DNA of 24,000 bases from Hafnia alvei (GTDB lineage Bacteria > Pseudomonadota > Gammaproteobacteria > Enterobacterales > Enterobacteriaceae). The notes under the pieces are model-generated. The model saw only the letters and a program-made list of their open reading frames with translations. It was not told the origin of the DNA and made no database searches. The stretch's first letter is position 1. Every line of letters starts with the position of its first letter. Made by a program: the position numbers and the translations under genes. The DNA is taken from positions 674,012 to 698,011 of the forward strand of contig NZ_CP139992.1 in assembly GCF_034424155.1 (NCBI RefSeq), written 5' to 3'. Shown here piece after piece: positions 9,312-18,040 of this stretch.

Positions 9312-9393
9312 CTCCCTGACTCCATCGTCCTTTGTGACGTCCATGAGATGAGCTGGCGGATGGACCTTCCGAATTTTCAGTTAGGAATACTCG

Positions 9394-10071
9394 ATGGATA
9401 TGATTAACGAATTGATACATGCCCTGTGGCAACAGGACTATGAAACACTGGCGAACCCATCGCTGGTGTGGACGATTTACGGCATTTTGTTTGTGATTTT
9501 ATTTCTGGAAAATGGTTTGCTGCCGGCGGCCTTTTTACCGGGCGATAGTTTGCTGATCCTCGTCGGCGTGCTGATTGCTAAAGGCACCATGGGCTTTGGC
9601 ATGACCATCTGTGTTTTGACCACTGCGGCCAGCCTCGGCTGCTGGGTGGGATATATCCAAGGACGATGGTTGGGGAATACCAGACTGGTGCAAAAGTGGC
9701 TTTCTCATCTTCCTGCGCATTATCATCAGCGCTCGCATCATCTGTTCCATAAACACGGCCTTTCGGCGCTGCTGGTTGGGCGTTTTCTTGCTTTCGTGCG
9801 TACGCTGTTGCCGCTGATCGCGGGTCTTTCTGGTTTAAGCAGCACTCGCTTCCAGTTCTTTAACTGGATGAGCGGTTTCCTGTGGGTCATTATTTTGACA
9901 ACGCTAGGCTATGTGCTGGGCAAAACCCCGCTGTTCCTGCGTTACGAAGACCAGCTGATGTTCCTACTGATGATGCTTCCGCTGGTACTTCTGGTGGTGG
10001 GATTGGTGGGCTCATTGGTCGTGTTATGGCGTAAAAAACATACAACGACACAGCCTGAGCAAAGGAAATAA
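9394..10071 (+). CDS. yqjA: DedA-family inner-membrane protein
   Basis: The 225-aa ORF contains [32 protein letters not shown] and [10 protein letters not shown]. It is near-identical to my recollection of E. coli YqjA. Confidence 0.93.
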   Translation: MDMINELIHALWQQDYETLANPSLVWTIYGILFVILFLENGLLPAAFLPGDSLLILVGVLIAKGTMGFGMTICVLTTAASLGCWVGYIQGRWLGNTRLVQKWLSHLPAHYHQRSHHLFHKHGLSALLVGRFLAFVRTLLPLIAGLSGLSSTRFQFFNWMSGFLWVIILTTLGYVLGKTPLFLRYEDQLMFLLMMLPLVLLVVGLVGSLVVLWRKKHTTTQPEQRK

Positions 10072-10072
10072 C

Positions 10073-10474
10073 GTGACTCTGCTACTTATTCAGCGGCTTG
10101 GATGGAAGCGTGCTTTACTGCTTTTTGTATTGATCGTCGCTGCATTTGCATGGTGGGTTGTGCCACATTTGGTGCACAAAGAAACCACGCTGCAAATCAG
10201 CGCGACGCAGTCTGGTTTAGCGACGCCCGATGGTTTTTTTGTCTATCAGAAACTCGATGAGCACGGCATCAGCATTAAAAGCATCACGCCAGATGGAAAC
10301 GGCTTGTTGGTTCATTTAGCTAAGCCTGAACAGCAGGATGAGGCAATGCACGTGTTGCAGACGGTGCTGCCGCGTGGCTATAGCATTGCGTCTAAAACGC
10401 ATCGGCGCACGCTATTCCAGTCAGCCGAAAGTGACGTCAAGGATCCTCCCAGGCAACCGAGACTTAGCAGCTAA
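10073..10474 (+). CDS. mzrA: Modulator of EnvZ/OmpR (MzrA/YqjB family)
   Basis: The GTG start lies 1 nt after the yqjA stop. The protein has an N-terminal TM segment. The segment ATPDGFFVYQKLDEHGISIKSITP parallels the E. coli MzrA segment [24 protein letters not shown]. Synteny with yqjA is conserved. Confidence 0.85.
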   Translation: MTLLLIQRLGWKRALLLFVLIVAAFAWWVVPHLVHKETTLQISATQSGLATPDGFFVYQKLDEHGISIKSITPDGNGLLVHLAKPEQQDEAMHVLQTVLPRGYSIASKTHRRTLFQSAESDVKDPPRQPRLSS

Positions 10475-10479
10475 ACATT

Positions 10480-10513
10480 AAAAACAGAGCCTTATGGCTC
10501 TGTTTTTGTTTTT
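10480..10513 (+). terminator. Intrinsic terminator after mzrA
   Basis: The sequence is aaaaACAGAGCCttatGGCTCTGTttttgttttt: a perfect 8-bp stem, a 4-nt loop and a long T-tract. Confidence 0.85.
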
Positions 10514-10736
10514 AAGGATTGTCTGATTTTTCGATTATCGGCTCCCATTTTTGACTGCAAAGCACCTATTATTTAATGATAGTGATAAGTAATCGTTAAT
10601 AATTGCAGGTTATAGTTATAACGGTCGGGCGCACTCCAGTGACGAGGTTATGCGTATCGAACCCTAGGCTTGTTTCGATGATACAAAGACATATGTCCCC
10701 GGAGTGGGGCACTTTTAAACTCAATAAGGACTTTTC

Positions 10737-11126
10737 ATGACATTCAAAAAAACCGTACTTTTAGCTGTGACCGTTGCTTCTTTGGGCATGATGAGCGCGG
10801 CCGCTAATGCGGCGGCGGTGACCTGCGCGAGCAAGCAGCAAAGCATTGAAGAGCAGATCCAATACGCCCAACAGCACAACAACACACATCGCGTTGCCGG
10901 TTTGCAGAAGGCGCTTAGTGAAGTGAAAAGCAACTGCACTGAAGCTGGGCTACGTGCCGATCTGCAAAAGGACGTAAAAGAAAAACAGCAGAAAGTTGCT
11001 GAACGTCAGCAAGAACTCAGCGAAGCTCAGCAAACCGGAAAAACTGACAAAATCAGTAAAAAAGAGAAAAAACTGGTCGAAGCTCAAGACGAGTTGAAAG
11101 AGGCGCAGCAGGCGTTAGGGCAGTAA
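10737..11126 (+). CDS. yqjC: Periplasmic DUF1090 protein
   Basis: The 129-aa ORF has a signal peptide (MTFKKTVLLAVTVASLGMMSAAANA). A Cys pair and a lysine/glutamate-rich coiled region (RADLQKDVKEKQQKVAERQQELSEAQ) match my recollection of E. coli YqjC. Confidence 0.85.
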   Translation: MTFKKTVLLAVTVASLGMMSAAANAAAVTCASKQQSIEEQIQYAQQHNNTHRVAGLQKALSEVKSNCTEAGLRADLQKDVKEKQQKVAERQQELSEAQQTGKTDKISKKEKKLVEAQDELKEAQQALGQ

Positions 11127-11262
11127 TTAACGTCAGTAAAATGCCGAGTTTTTTCATACCAAAAACGGCAGATACAGAAGGATATGTGGCAATTACCTTT
11201 GCGCTCATGGAAAAAGCTCGCTATGTTAAAAGACCATATCAGTAAAGTTAAGGAGTCTAGGA

Positions 11263-11568
11263 ATGGCTAACGATTCAACTTCCGAGCAATTACGTGCCGA
11301 ACTGAAGTCCCTCGCCGATACCTTAGAAGAGGTTCTGAATTCTTCTACCGACAAGCCGAAGGCCGAGCTGGAAAAAATCCGCGCGAAAGCTGAAAGCGCG
11401 TTGCAAGGTAGCCGTGCGCGCTTGAACGCGGCCGGTGAGAAAGTGGCTGCACAAACCAAAGAGATCGCAGATCGTGCAGATAGCTATGTTCATGACAATC
11501 CTTGGACTGGCGTTGGCATCGGCGCAGCGGTCGGTGTGGTGCTAGGCGTTCTATTGGCTCGCCGCTAA
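11263..11568 (+). CDS. yqjD: Ribosome-associated, C-tail-anchored membrane protein (ElaB/YqjD family)
   Basis: The 101-aa ORF contains EQLRAELKSLADTLEEVL and ENPWTGVGIGAAVGVVLGVLLARR, near-identical to E. coli YqjD. An AAGGAG Shine-Dalgarno lies upstream. Confidence 0.9.
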   Translation: MANDSTSEQLRAELKSLADTLEEVLNSSTDKPKAELEKIRAKAESALQGSRARLNAAGEKVAAQTKEIADRADSYVHDNPWTGVGIGAAVGVVLGVLLARR

Positions 11569-11969
11569 TGCCTGCTGATAACACCACTTCTCAGGGCCCC
11601 GCTCGCGGGGTTCTGAGTACCGCTCAGCGCATTGTCACCATTATTGTTGGCATGGTGGAAACTCGGCTGCGTTTGGCCGTGGTGGAGCTGGAAGAGGAAA
11701 AGGCTAACGTTATTCAATTGCTGATGATGGCAGGCATTACGCTGCTGTTTACGGCATTTGGTTTGATGACGTTGCTGGTTCTGCTTTTCTGGGCAATTGA
11801 TCCGGCCTATCGCTTGATGGCTTTGGGGATCACCACCGCAGTTTTACTGGGTCTAGCATTAATTGGGGCAATTTGGACTATCACCAAAGCTCGAAGATCA
11901 ACGTTGTTAGGAGCCACTCGGCACCAGCTAGAAATTGACCGAGAGTTACTGGAAGAGGATCGCAAGTGA
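11568..11969 (+). CDS. yqjE: Inner-membrane protein YqjE (phage-holin-3-like / DUF1469)
   Basis: The ATG overlaps the yqjD stop (TAATG). The sequence MPADNTTSQGPARGVL..MVETRLRLAVVELEEEKAN matches E. coli YqjE. I rejected the ORF-track start at 11502 because it lies inside yqjD. Confidence 0.85.
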   Translation: MPADNTTSQGPARGVLSTAQRIVTIIVGMVETRLRLAVVELEEEKANVIQLLMMAGITLLFTAFGLMTLLVLLFWAIDPAYRLMALGITTAVLLGLALIGAIWTITKARRSTLLGATRHQLEIDRELLEEDRK

Positions 11970-12259
11970 GCCGTAATCGTCAAGAACTCGCCTTAGAGAA
12001 AGCGCGTCTGCTGCGTCAGGTTCAGCAGCAACGTCTTGATTTAGCTGGTGAGCGTCGTGCATGGTTACAGCTCACGGCGAAATTCGACCACCGTATTTCG
12101 GCCGTGATGCGGTTACGCAAATTTATGCTGCTAGGCTCAAGCCTACTGGCGCTATATGGCGCTCGTCATCCGGCTAAAACCGCTCGCTGGACGCGTCGTG
12201 CATTCAGCGTATGGGGCGTTGTTAAAGTAGTACGCAAAGCGTTTTACTCAAAAGCCTAA
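11966..12259 (+). CDS. yqjK: YqjK-like protein
   Basis: The GTG start overlaps the yqjE stop (GTGA). The 97-aa ORF contains QQQRLDLAGERRAWLQ, paralleling E. coli YqjK QQQRLDLSASRREWLE. Gene order is conserved. Confidence 0.75.
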   Translation: MSRNRQELALEKARLLRQVQQQRLDLAGERRAWLQLTAKFDHRISAVMRLRKFMLLGSSLLALYGARHPAKTARWTRRAFSVWGVVKVVRKAFYSKA

Positions 12260-12579
12260 CTAAATTCCGCTCTCTTCAGACCTATAAAAATCCCACAAAA
12301 ATCCTGCGTATTTATCTAAATTAAAAGTAATAACTTGCGAAATCACTCGCGTGCTATCTTTTAACTTATTGTATTTGATTATTTTCTTATAACTTTTTGA
12401 CTTCAGTTTTTTTGAAGAATTCCAGCAATTTTACTCGCTAACACTCCTTCATGCTTTGTCCTAGTATTAGCCCATCGAGAGAAACGCGCTCCACAATATG
12501 GCTAACGCCACATGGATTGCACGCCTCACACCGAATAGCGCTGCATAAGCGGCAACATCAAATTGTCTGGAGCATGAAA

Positions 12580-12975
12580 ATGAGCAACAAATTAGAAAAT
12601 ATCGCACTGCTGGCCGCCCGTATCCTGATGCCAATCCTGTTTATTTCAGCGGGTTGGGGCAAAGTGACTGGCTACGCTGGCACACAGCAATACATGGAAG
12701 CCATGGGCGTTCCGGGCGCACTGTTGCCGCTGACGATTCTGTTGGAGCTGGGTGGTGGTTTAGCCGTTCTGTTCGGTTTACTGACTCGCACTACCGCACT
12801 GTTTACCGCAGGCTTCACGATTCTGACCGCGTTCCTGTTCCATTCGAACTTTGCAGATGGTGTTAACCAACTGATGTTCATGAAAAACCTGACTATCGCT
12901 GGTGGCTACTTGGTTCTGGCCGTTGCAGGCCCAGGCGCATTCAGCATCGACCGTTTACTGAACAAAAAATGGTAA
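12580..12975 (+). CDS. yqjF: DoxX-family inner-membrane protein
   Basis: From the ATG at 12580, 7 nt after GGAG, the sequence is MSNKLENIALLAARILMPILFISAGWGKVTGYAGTQQYMEAMGVPG...IDRLLNKKW. This is near-identical to E. coli YqjF (130 aa). The upstream 43 codons of the ORF track are not conserved. Confidence 0.9.
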   Translation: MSNKLENIALLAARILMPILFISAGWGKVTGYAGTQQYMEAMGVPGALLPLTILLELGGGLAVLFGLLTRTTALFTAGFTILTAFLFHSNFADGVNQLMFMKNLTIAGGYLVLAVAGPGAFSIDRLLNKKW

Positions 12976-13033
12976 TGACTTACCTTTCTACAGCTCGAAT
13001 GATTTAGAGTAAAAAGGGCTATAGTGAGATAGT

Positions 13034-13060
13034 AAAGGGGCGAACACGCCCCTTTATGCT
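13034..13060 (+). terminator. Probable intrinsic terminator after yqjF
   Basis: The sequence is AAAGGGGCGaacaCGCCCCTTTatgcttt: a 9-bp stem with an interrupted T-tract. Confidence 0.55.
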
Positions 13061-13110
13061 TTGGTATAAAGTCACTTCCCTGCAAATGATGGGCACAATC
13101 AGGAGGATTT

Positions 13111-14091
13111 ATGGGACAACTCGTTGACGGTATCTGGCAAGATATCTGGTATGACACCAAATCTACCGGTGGACGTTTTAAGCGTTCAAACGCGCAATTC
13201 CGTAACTGGGTCACTTCTGATGGATCTGCTGGCCCAAATAATGAACCGGGATTTAAGGCAGAAAAAGATCGCTACCATCTTTATGTCTCTTTGGCCTGTC
13301 CGTGGGCACATCGCACGTTGTTAGTCCGCAAGCTTAAGGGGCTGGAAACGCTGATACCTGTTTCCGTGGTCAGCCCGCTGATGCTGGAAAATGGTTGGAC
13401 GTTTGAGCGCTCCTTCGCTGCCGCGACCGGTGACGAACTCTATCACCATGATTTTCTCTACCAGCTCTATCTACAGGCCGACCCGCACTATACCGGACGC
13501 GTCACTGTCCCTGTACTGTGGGATAAACAAACTCAAACCATCGTCAGCAATGAATCTTCAGATATCATTCGTATGTTTAATACGGCGTTTGATGATTTGG
13601 GCGCAAAGCCGGGTGATTTTTATCCGTCGGAATTGCGTGCTGAGATTGATGAGCTCAATAGTTGGGTTTATGACACCGTTAATAATGGCGTCTATAAAGC
13701 AGGGTTTGCGACGTCGCAAGAGGCCTATGATGAAGCCGTTAGCGCGGTATTTGCCTCATTAGATAAGCTGGAAAACATTCTTGCCCGTCAGCGTTACTTA
13801 ACCGGTGAGCGTTTAACCGAGGCCGATCTTCGTTTGTGGACGACGTTAGTGCGTTTTGACCCAGTATACGTGACGCATTTTAAATGCGATTGGCAGCGGA
13901 TCAGTGACTATCCGAATCTGTATGGATTCCTGCGTGATATCTATCAGATGCCGGGTATTAAAGAGACGGTCAATTTGGAACACATCCGTAATCATTATTA
14001 TCGCAGCCATAAAACCATCAACCCAACGGGCATTATTTCGATCGGGCCAAGGCAAGATCTTGATGCTCCGCACGGCCGCGATAAGCGTTAA
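13111..14091 (+). CDS. yqjG: Glutathionyl-hydroquinone reductase (Xi-class GST)
   Basis: The 326-aa ORF contains MGQLVDGIWQDIWYDTKSTGG, YHLYVSLACPWAHRTL (the CPWA active site) and FDPVYVTHFKCD. It is near-identical to E. coli YqjG. An AGGAGG Shine-Dalgarno lies upstream. Confidence 0.95.
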   Translation: MGQLVDGIWQDIWYDTKSTGGRFKRSNAQFRNWVTSDGSAGPNNEPGFKAEKDRYHLYVSLACPWAHRTLLVRKLKGLETLIPVSVVSPLMLENGWTFERSFAAATGDELYHHDFLYQLYLQADPHYTGRVTVPVLWDKQTQTIVSNESSDIIRMFNTAFDDLGAKPGDFYPSELRAEIDELNSWVYDTVNNGVYKAGFATSQEAYDEAVSAVFASLDKLENILARQRYLTGERLTEADLRLWTTLVRFDPVYVTHFKCDWQRISDYPNLYGFLRDIYQMPGIKETVNLEHIRNHYYRSHKTINPTGIISIGPRQDLDAPHGRDKR

Positions 14092-14337
14092 AAAAAGCCC
14101 TGCAAAAGCAGTAACACCTTTCACTTAAGTGTGATTTTAGGGGAAGTACACCGATGGGGTCGTAGCAGCTTTAGCTGCCGACAACTTTGCTTGGAGCAAA
14201 GTTGAACAACGCTTTAGCGTTGGCCCTCTGGGAGGAACACAGGGATGTGTTCCTTAACCGCCCCGCGGTGTGCTAGCCCCGTGTATCTCGATCTCTTAAA
14301 CGAACGGCGTTATGCACAAGCAGGGCTTTTTGATTTC
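14092..14337 (+). repeat. Structured intergenic element 'copy B': outer inverted repeat plus a closed four-hairpin core (14140-14280) carrying GGA loops; candidate CsrA-binding RNA module
   Basis: The outer inverted repeat is aaaaagccctgc (14093-14104) and gcagggcttttt (14319-14330). A closing helix of about 16-18 bp pairs 14140-14162 with 14258-14280. Four hairpins sit inside it: 14165-14178, 14182-14204 (loop UUGGA), 14207-14222, and 14234-14253 (ggaACACAGGGAUGUguucc). Function is unknown. Confidence 0.6.
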
Positions 14338-15201
14338 TCATAAATACAGCGCAGGGCGGATAATTTGCTTTACGCCACGCTGGGCAAGCGCGGTGGCAAG
14401 CGTTTCAATATCTTCTTTTGTGGCACTTTGCCATGCTTGTGCATCACCGCGAACACCATGATGATGAAAGGCGTTGAGGCGTACAGGAATATCACCGAGC
14501 GTGGTAATAAACTGCGCTAATTCATCAACATGCTGCAGGTGATCGCTATGCTGTGGGATCACCAGCAGGCGCAGCTCGCTGAGCTTGTCATGTTTTGCCA
14601 ACCACTGAATGCTTTGTTTGACCCTTTGATTATCTCGCCCCGTCAATGCTATGTGGCATTCGCTGCCCCACGCTTTAAGATCAATCATGGCACCGTCCAT
14701 CCATGGTGCGATTTTCTCCCAGCCAGTCGTGGATAATTCACCGTTACTGTCGATTAGGCAGGTTAAATGCTTGAGCACTGGCGTGGATTTAATCGCGGTG
14801 AAGAAGTCACATAAAAACGGCAGTTGCAGCGTTGCCTCACCGCCGCTAACCGTGATGCCATTGATAAACAGCGCATTGCGTTTTACCTGTGCCAAAAGAG
14901 AATCTACGCTGTAGCGCTGCACCATTGGGCTGGATTGGCGTGTGCAGGTTTGCAGGCAGGTATCGCATTGCTGACAGGCTTTCTCATCCCAACGCACACG
15001 CCCATCTTCCAGACGTAATGCCTGATGAGGGCAGGTCTCTACACAGTCGCCGCAGTGGTCACAAAGACCAATCGTGTAAGGATTGTGGCAATTCTTACAG
15101 TTTAGATTGCACCCTTGCAGAAAAATGGCCAAGCGACTGCCTGGCCCATCGACGCAGGAGAATGGTAAGATCTTACTTACCGAAGCGCATCGATTGCTCA
15201 T
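14338..15201 (-). CDS. yjjW: Glycyl-radical enzyme activase, YjjW family (radical SAM)
   Basis: The 287-aa ORF carries a CxxxCxxC radical-SAM motif (CNLNCKNC) and two ferredoxin-like Cys clusters ([12 protein letters not shown] and [12 protein letters not shown]). The length and the ending (FPALYL-type, here RPALYL) match my recollection of E. coli YjjW. The start overlaps the yjjI 3' end by 29 nt. Confidence 0.9.
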   Translation of the reverse strand: MSNRCASVSKILPFSCVDGPGSRLAIFLQGCNLNCKNCHNPYTIGLCDHCGDCVETCPHQALRLEDGRVRWDEKACQQCDTCLQTCTRQSSPMVQRYSVDSLLAQVKRNALFINGITVSGGEATLQLPFLCDFFTAIKSTPVLKHLTCLIDSNGELSTTGWEKIAPWMDGAMIDLKAWGSECHIALTGRDNQRVKQSIQWLAKHDKLSELRLLVIPQHSDHLQHVDELAQFITTLGDIPVRLNAFHHHGVRGDAQAWQSATKEDIETLATALAQRGVKQIIRPALYL

Positions 15202-16735
15202 GGCTAATCACTCGTGGCTGGCGTTGCATGATCCCGGTATTCTTGGCCGCTTCCTCTCCTAACCACGTGGTATTTAGTCGTGAGCCTTCCACATTGAATT
15301 TTTCAATATCAGACAGACGCACCATGTAGCCGGTGATACGAACCAAATCGTTACCGCAGACGTTGGCGGAAAACTCACGCATACCGGCGGCAAAACCACC
15401 GAGGCAAAGCTGCATCATGGCTTCAGGATTGCGCTTGATGGTTTCTTCCAGCGTTAAGATGTCGCTGATGCCCGATGTGTAATGCGCATGGTGAGGGGCC
15501 ACGGTCATCAAATGGGTAACGGGATCGGGTTCTGTGCCGTAAGGAATTCGAGCGCCCGGCGTGGTGCCAATGTCAGAGCTAATACCCGATTGGGCATGCA
15601 GCATGGCACGCTGTTTCCAGCCGTGTTTAACCGGCGTTTGTGCCACAAACTCGGCCAGTTGTTCACTGATACGATAGCCAAGCTGATTCGCCTGTTCGCT
15701 TTCGCCGTAAACACCCGGTAAACCGTCTTTCTCCTGCAAAATATTCACCGCTTCCGCTAACGCATAAATCCCAAACATAGGCACAAAGCGCTGAGGATCG
15801 ATTAAACCTTCTTTTACCAAGAAGCTTTGCTCAAAGAAATGCGATTGGTTGTAGAGGAAGTCGGTTCGAGCATCAATAATATTAATTTGCTGGCGACAAT
15901 AATACGGTAGCTGGCGGGTAAAGAAGTCCTGTGAAGACTCGCTGCGTAACGCAACCTGCTTCAAATTAATACGAACTAGCGTGTTTCCGCCGCCGGCAAG
16001 TGGCAGAGAATTGTAACAGCTGACGATACCGTAGCCGCCTTTTGTGAAAATATTATCATGCACAGGGCCGTTGGCGATGTGAGGCTTACTGCATTCACAA
16101 ATGTTTTTAGCGGCCTGAAGTAGCAAAGATTCAGGTGTGATTTGTGGATCGTAGATAAACGTGAGGTTAGGCGCAACCTGCTTTAGCTCGGCATCTACGC
16201 GTAAAATCAGGCGAGTCAGTAGGTTATCTTTCGGCCCAATGTTGGCATGCATAAAAGCATCTGGCAAAGTGCGATCCAGGTAACGCCAGAAACGTTTTAT
16301 GCGGATATATAATTCGTTTTCTGTTAGAATTCCAACATAAGGCAGCAGTAGGCTGTCTAAATGGCCGAGAAATACCGGCATAGAGGTAACGGAAGGGACA
16401 TGGTGGTACAGGATGCACAGCATATTGAGTGCGTCGTCAAAATCCTGCGCTGGTTCCAGTTCCAGATATTCGGAGCCCTGTGACAAAAACTTGACGTAAT
16501 CCGGCAGAACGTAGCGTGGTTTGTACGGCGCATGCCCTTCAAACATATCGCAAATGACGTTCTCATCCAGTGCCTGACGGGCTTCTGGTGGTAGATTGGG
16601 ATACGGTAGGGCGTTCTCGGCCTCTAGAGCCAAAAAGTGACGTTTTTGCTCTGGAGACAGCGTTTCGCTGGTCGCAATGTGCTGGCAGCGCTGTAGGAAT
16701 GCAGGTAGTACAGAAGTATCGGTGGAATTCGTCAT
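15173..16735 (-). CDS. yjjI: Glycine-radical enzyme, YjjI family (function unknown)
   Basis: I placed the start at MTNSTDTS (complement of 16733-16735), preceded by GGAGAGG. This gives 520 aa, against roughly 516 aa in E. coli. A C-terminal glycyl-radical-type motif ([10 protein letters not shown]) is present. The gene pairs with yjjW and is divergent from deoC, as in E. coli. Confidence 0.9.
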   Translation of the reverse strand: MTNSTDTSVLPAFLQRCQHIATSETLSPEQKRHFLALEAENALPYPNLPPEARQALDENVICDMFEGHAPYKPRYVLPDYVKFLSQGSEYLELEPAQDFDDALNMLCILYHHVPSVTSMPVFLGHLDSLLLPYVGILTENELYIRIKRFWRYLDRTLPDAFMHANIGPKDNLLTRLILRVDAELKQVAPNLTFIYDPQITPESLLLQAAKNICECSKPHIANGPVHDNIFTKGGYGIVSCYNSLPLAGGGNTLVRINLKQVALRSESSQDFFTRQLPYYCRQQINIIDARTDFLYNQSHFFEQSFLVKEGLIDPQRFVPMFGIYALAEAVNILQEKDGLPGVYGESEQANQLGYRISEQLAEFVAQTPVKHGWKQRAMLHAQSGISSDIGTTPGARIPYGTEPDPVTHLMTVAPHHAHYTSGISDILTLEETIKRNPEAMMQLCLGGFAAGMREFSANVCGNDLVRITGYMVRLSDIEKFNVEGSRLNTTWLGEEAAKNTGIMQRQPRVISHEQSMRFGK

Positions 16736-16860
16736 AACGCCTCTCCGCGGGCAATAGTGCTGTTTTATCGTCATTCTAAAGAGGATAAGCCAGCGATCTA
16801 TTGATCCTGATATAGGCCATGAGAAGGTAATGCGTTTTTCATCCATATAAGAGGTTATTT

Positions 16861-16876
16861 CGTGATGTTAATCACA
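16861..16876. promoter_or_regulatory. CRP-like dyad in the yjjI/deoC divergent region
   Basis: The site is cGTGAtgttaaTCACA (consensus TGTGA-N6-TCACA). It is immediately followed by a perfect TATAAT at 16877-16882. The role is unclear, and it could serve either divergent promoter. Confidence 0.3.
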
Positions 16877-16913
16877 TATAATCTCGAGTTGTTACAGTTG
16901 GTTTTTCATCTAC

Positions 16914-16929
16914 TGTGACGATGAGCACA
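16914..16929. promoter_or_regulatory. CRP-site candidate upstream of deoC
   Basis: The site is TGTGAcgatgaGCACA. E. coli deoP2 is CRP/CytR controlled. A second, weaker TGTGA half-site lies at 16932. Confidence 0.35.
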
Positions 16930-16947
16930 AATGTGACGGAGGGTTTG

Positions 16948-16963
16948 TGTTCAAATAGTAACA
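16948..16963. promoter_or_regulatory. DeoR-operator candidate
   Basis: TGTTCAAATAGTAACA matches 12/16 positions of the E. coli DeoR operator palindrome TGTTAGAATTCTAACA. It is followed by a TATGAT -10-like hexamer at 16964-16969. Confidence 0.35.
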
Positions 16964-17181
16964 TATGATGTTGACCATGAAGGGCCACATGCGGTGAGAT
17001 GGATCTCAGTTGCTTTCCGGTCAGAATGACGGAACAGAATCTTCAAGGAACCAAGTCCGCTCGCCAACGTATTGGGATACCTTCAAGGCTTTCGCGTTTA
17101 TCGTGAACTGTGAAGCCTCCGAGCCCTAAATCATTGTGTCTGAATCTAGGCAAAGCCAGTTCAGCCCAGTTGGAGAGTAAA

Positions 17182-17961
17182 ATGACTGATTTAAAAGTTG
17201 CTGCAAAACGTGCGTTACAGTTGATGGATTTGACCACCCTGAACGAAGACGACACCGACGAAAAAGTGATCGCTCTGTGCCATCAGGCAAAAAGCCCAGC
17301 TGGTAACACCGCAGCAGTTTGCATCTATCCACGTTTCATCCCAATTGCGCGTAAAACTTTGCGCGAGCAGGGCACTCCTGAAATTCATATCGCTACCGTG
17401 ACTAACTTCCCGCACGGTAATGATGATATCGCTATTGCACTGGCAGAAACCAAAGCGGCTATCGCTTACGGCGCCGACGAAGTTGACGTGGTATTCCCAT
17501 ACCGCGCGCTGATGGCGGGCAACGAGCAGGTTGGTTTCGACATGGTTAAAGTCTGCAAAGATGCCTGTAACGAAGCTGGCGTATTGCTGAAAGTGATCAT
17601 CGAAACCGGCGAGCTGAAAGACGCTGCGCTTATCCGTAAAGCATCTGAAATCTCTATCAAAGCGGGTGCTGACTTTATCAAAACCTCTACCGGTAAAGTA
17701 CCAGTTAACGCCACGCTGGAAAGCGCAGAGATTATGATGACCGTGATCCGTGATATGGGCGTAGCCAAAACCGTTGGCTTCAAGCCTGCTGGTGGCGTTC
17801 GTACCGCTGAAGATGCTGCAGAGTATCTGGCTCTGGCGGGTCGTTTGCTGGGTGATGACTGGGCTGATTCGCGTCACTTCCGTTTTGGTGCTTCCAGCCT
17901 GTTGGCAAGCCTGCTGAAAACGCTGGGCTACGATGCTAAAGGCACCGGCAGCGCTTACTAA
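17182..17961 (+). CDS. deoC: Deoxyribose-phosphate aldolase
   Basis: From the ATG at 17182, after GGAGAG, the sequence is [37 protein letters not shown]...[14 protein letters not shown]. This is near-identical to E. coli DeoC (259 aa). The ORF-track start at 17110 is an upstream extension. Confidence 0.95.
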   Translation: MTDLKVAAKRALQLMDLTTLNEDDTDEKVIALCHQAKSPAGNTAAVCIYPRFIPIARKTLREQGTPEIHIATVTNFPHGNDDIAIALAETKAAIAYGADEVDVVFPYRALMAGNEQVGFDMVKVCKDACNEAGVLLKVIIETGELKDAALIRKASEISIKAGADFIKTSTGKVPVNATLESAEIMMTVIRDMGVAKTVGFKPAGGVRTAEDAAEYLALAGRLLGDDWADSRHFRFGASSLLASLLKTLGYDAKGTGSAY

Positions 17962-18040
17962 TTCAGTTTTTGTCTAACTGTTTTTCGCCGCGGCGGTTTC
18001 GTCGCGGTGATACTTATTGTTTTATTTAAATTATTTGTTC

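Noticed and set aside
16736-16846. N-terminal extensions offered by the ORF track: yjjI from 16846, deoC from 17110, deoB from 19604, yqjF from 12451, yqjE from 11502, crcB from 8102
   Set aside because: Homologue N-termini and well-placed SD sequences support the internal starts. The extensions are non-conserved, often Arg/Ser-rich, and in one case overlap the preceding gene.
17020-17110. Direct repeat of CTTCAAGG and a ccaacgtattgggatacc string in the deoC leader, considered as a third ERIC remnant
   Set aside because: Only short fragments (about 8-12 nt) resemble ERIC ends. That is too degenerate to call by eye.
17215-17877. 220-aa minus-strand ORF and a 105-aa ORF antisense to deoC
   Set aside because: These are shadow ORFs opposite a highly conserved gene, and I recognise no domain. 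The same reasoning applies to the other antisense ORFs in the track within uxaA, uxaB, exuR, yjjI, deoA, deoB, deoD and galP.
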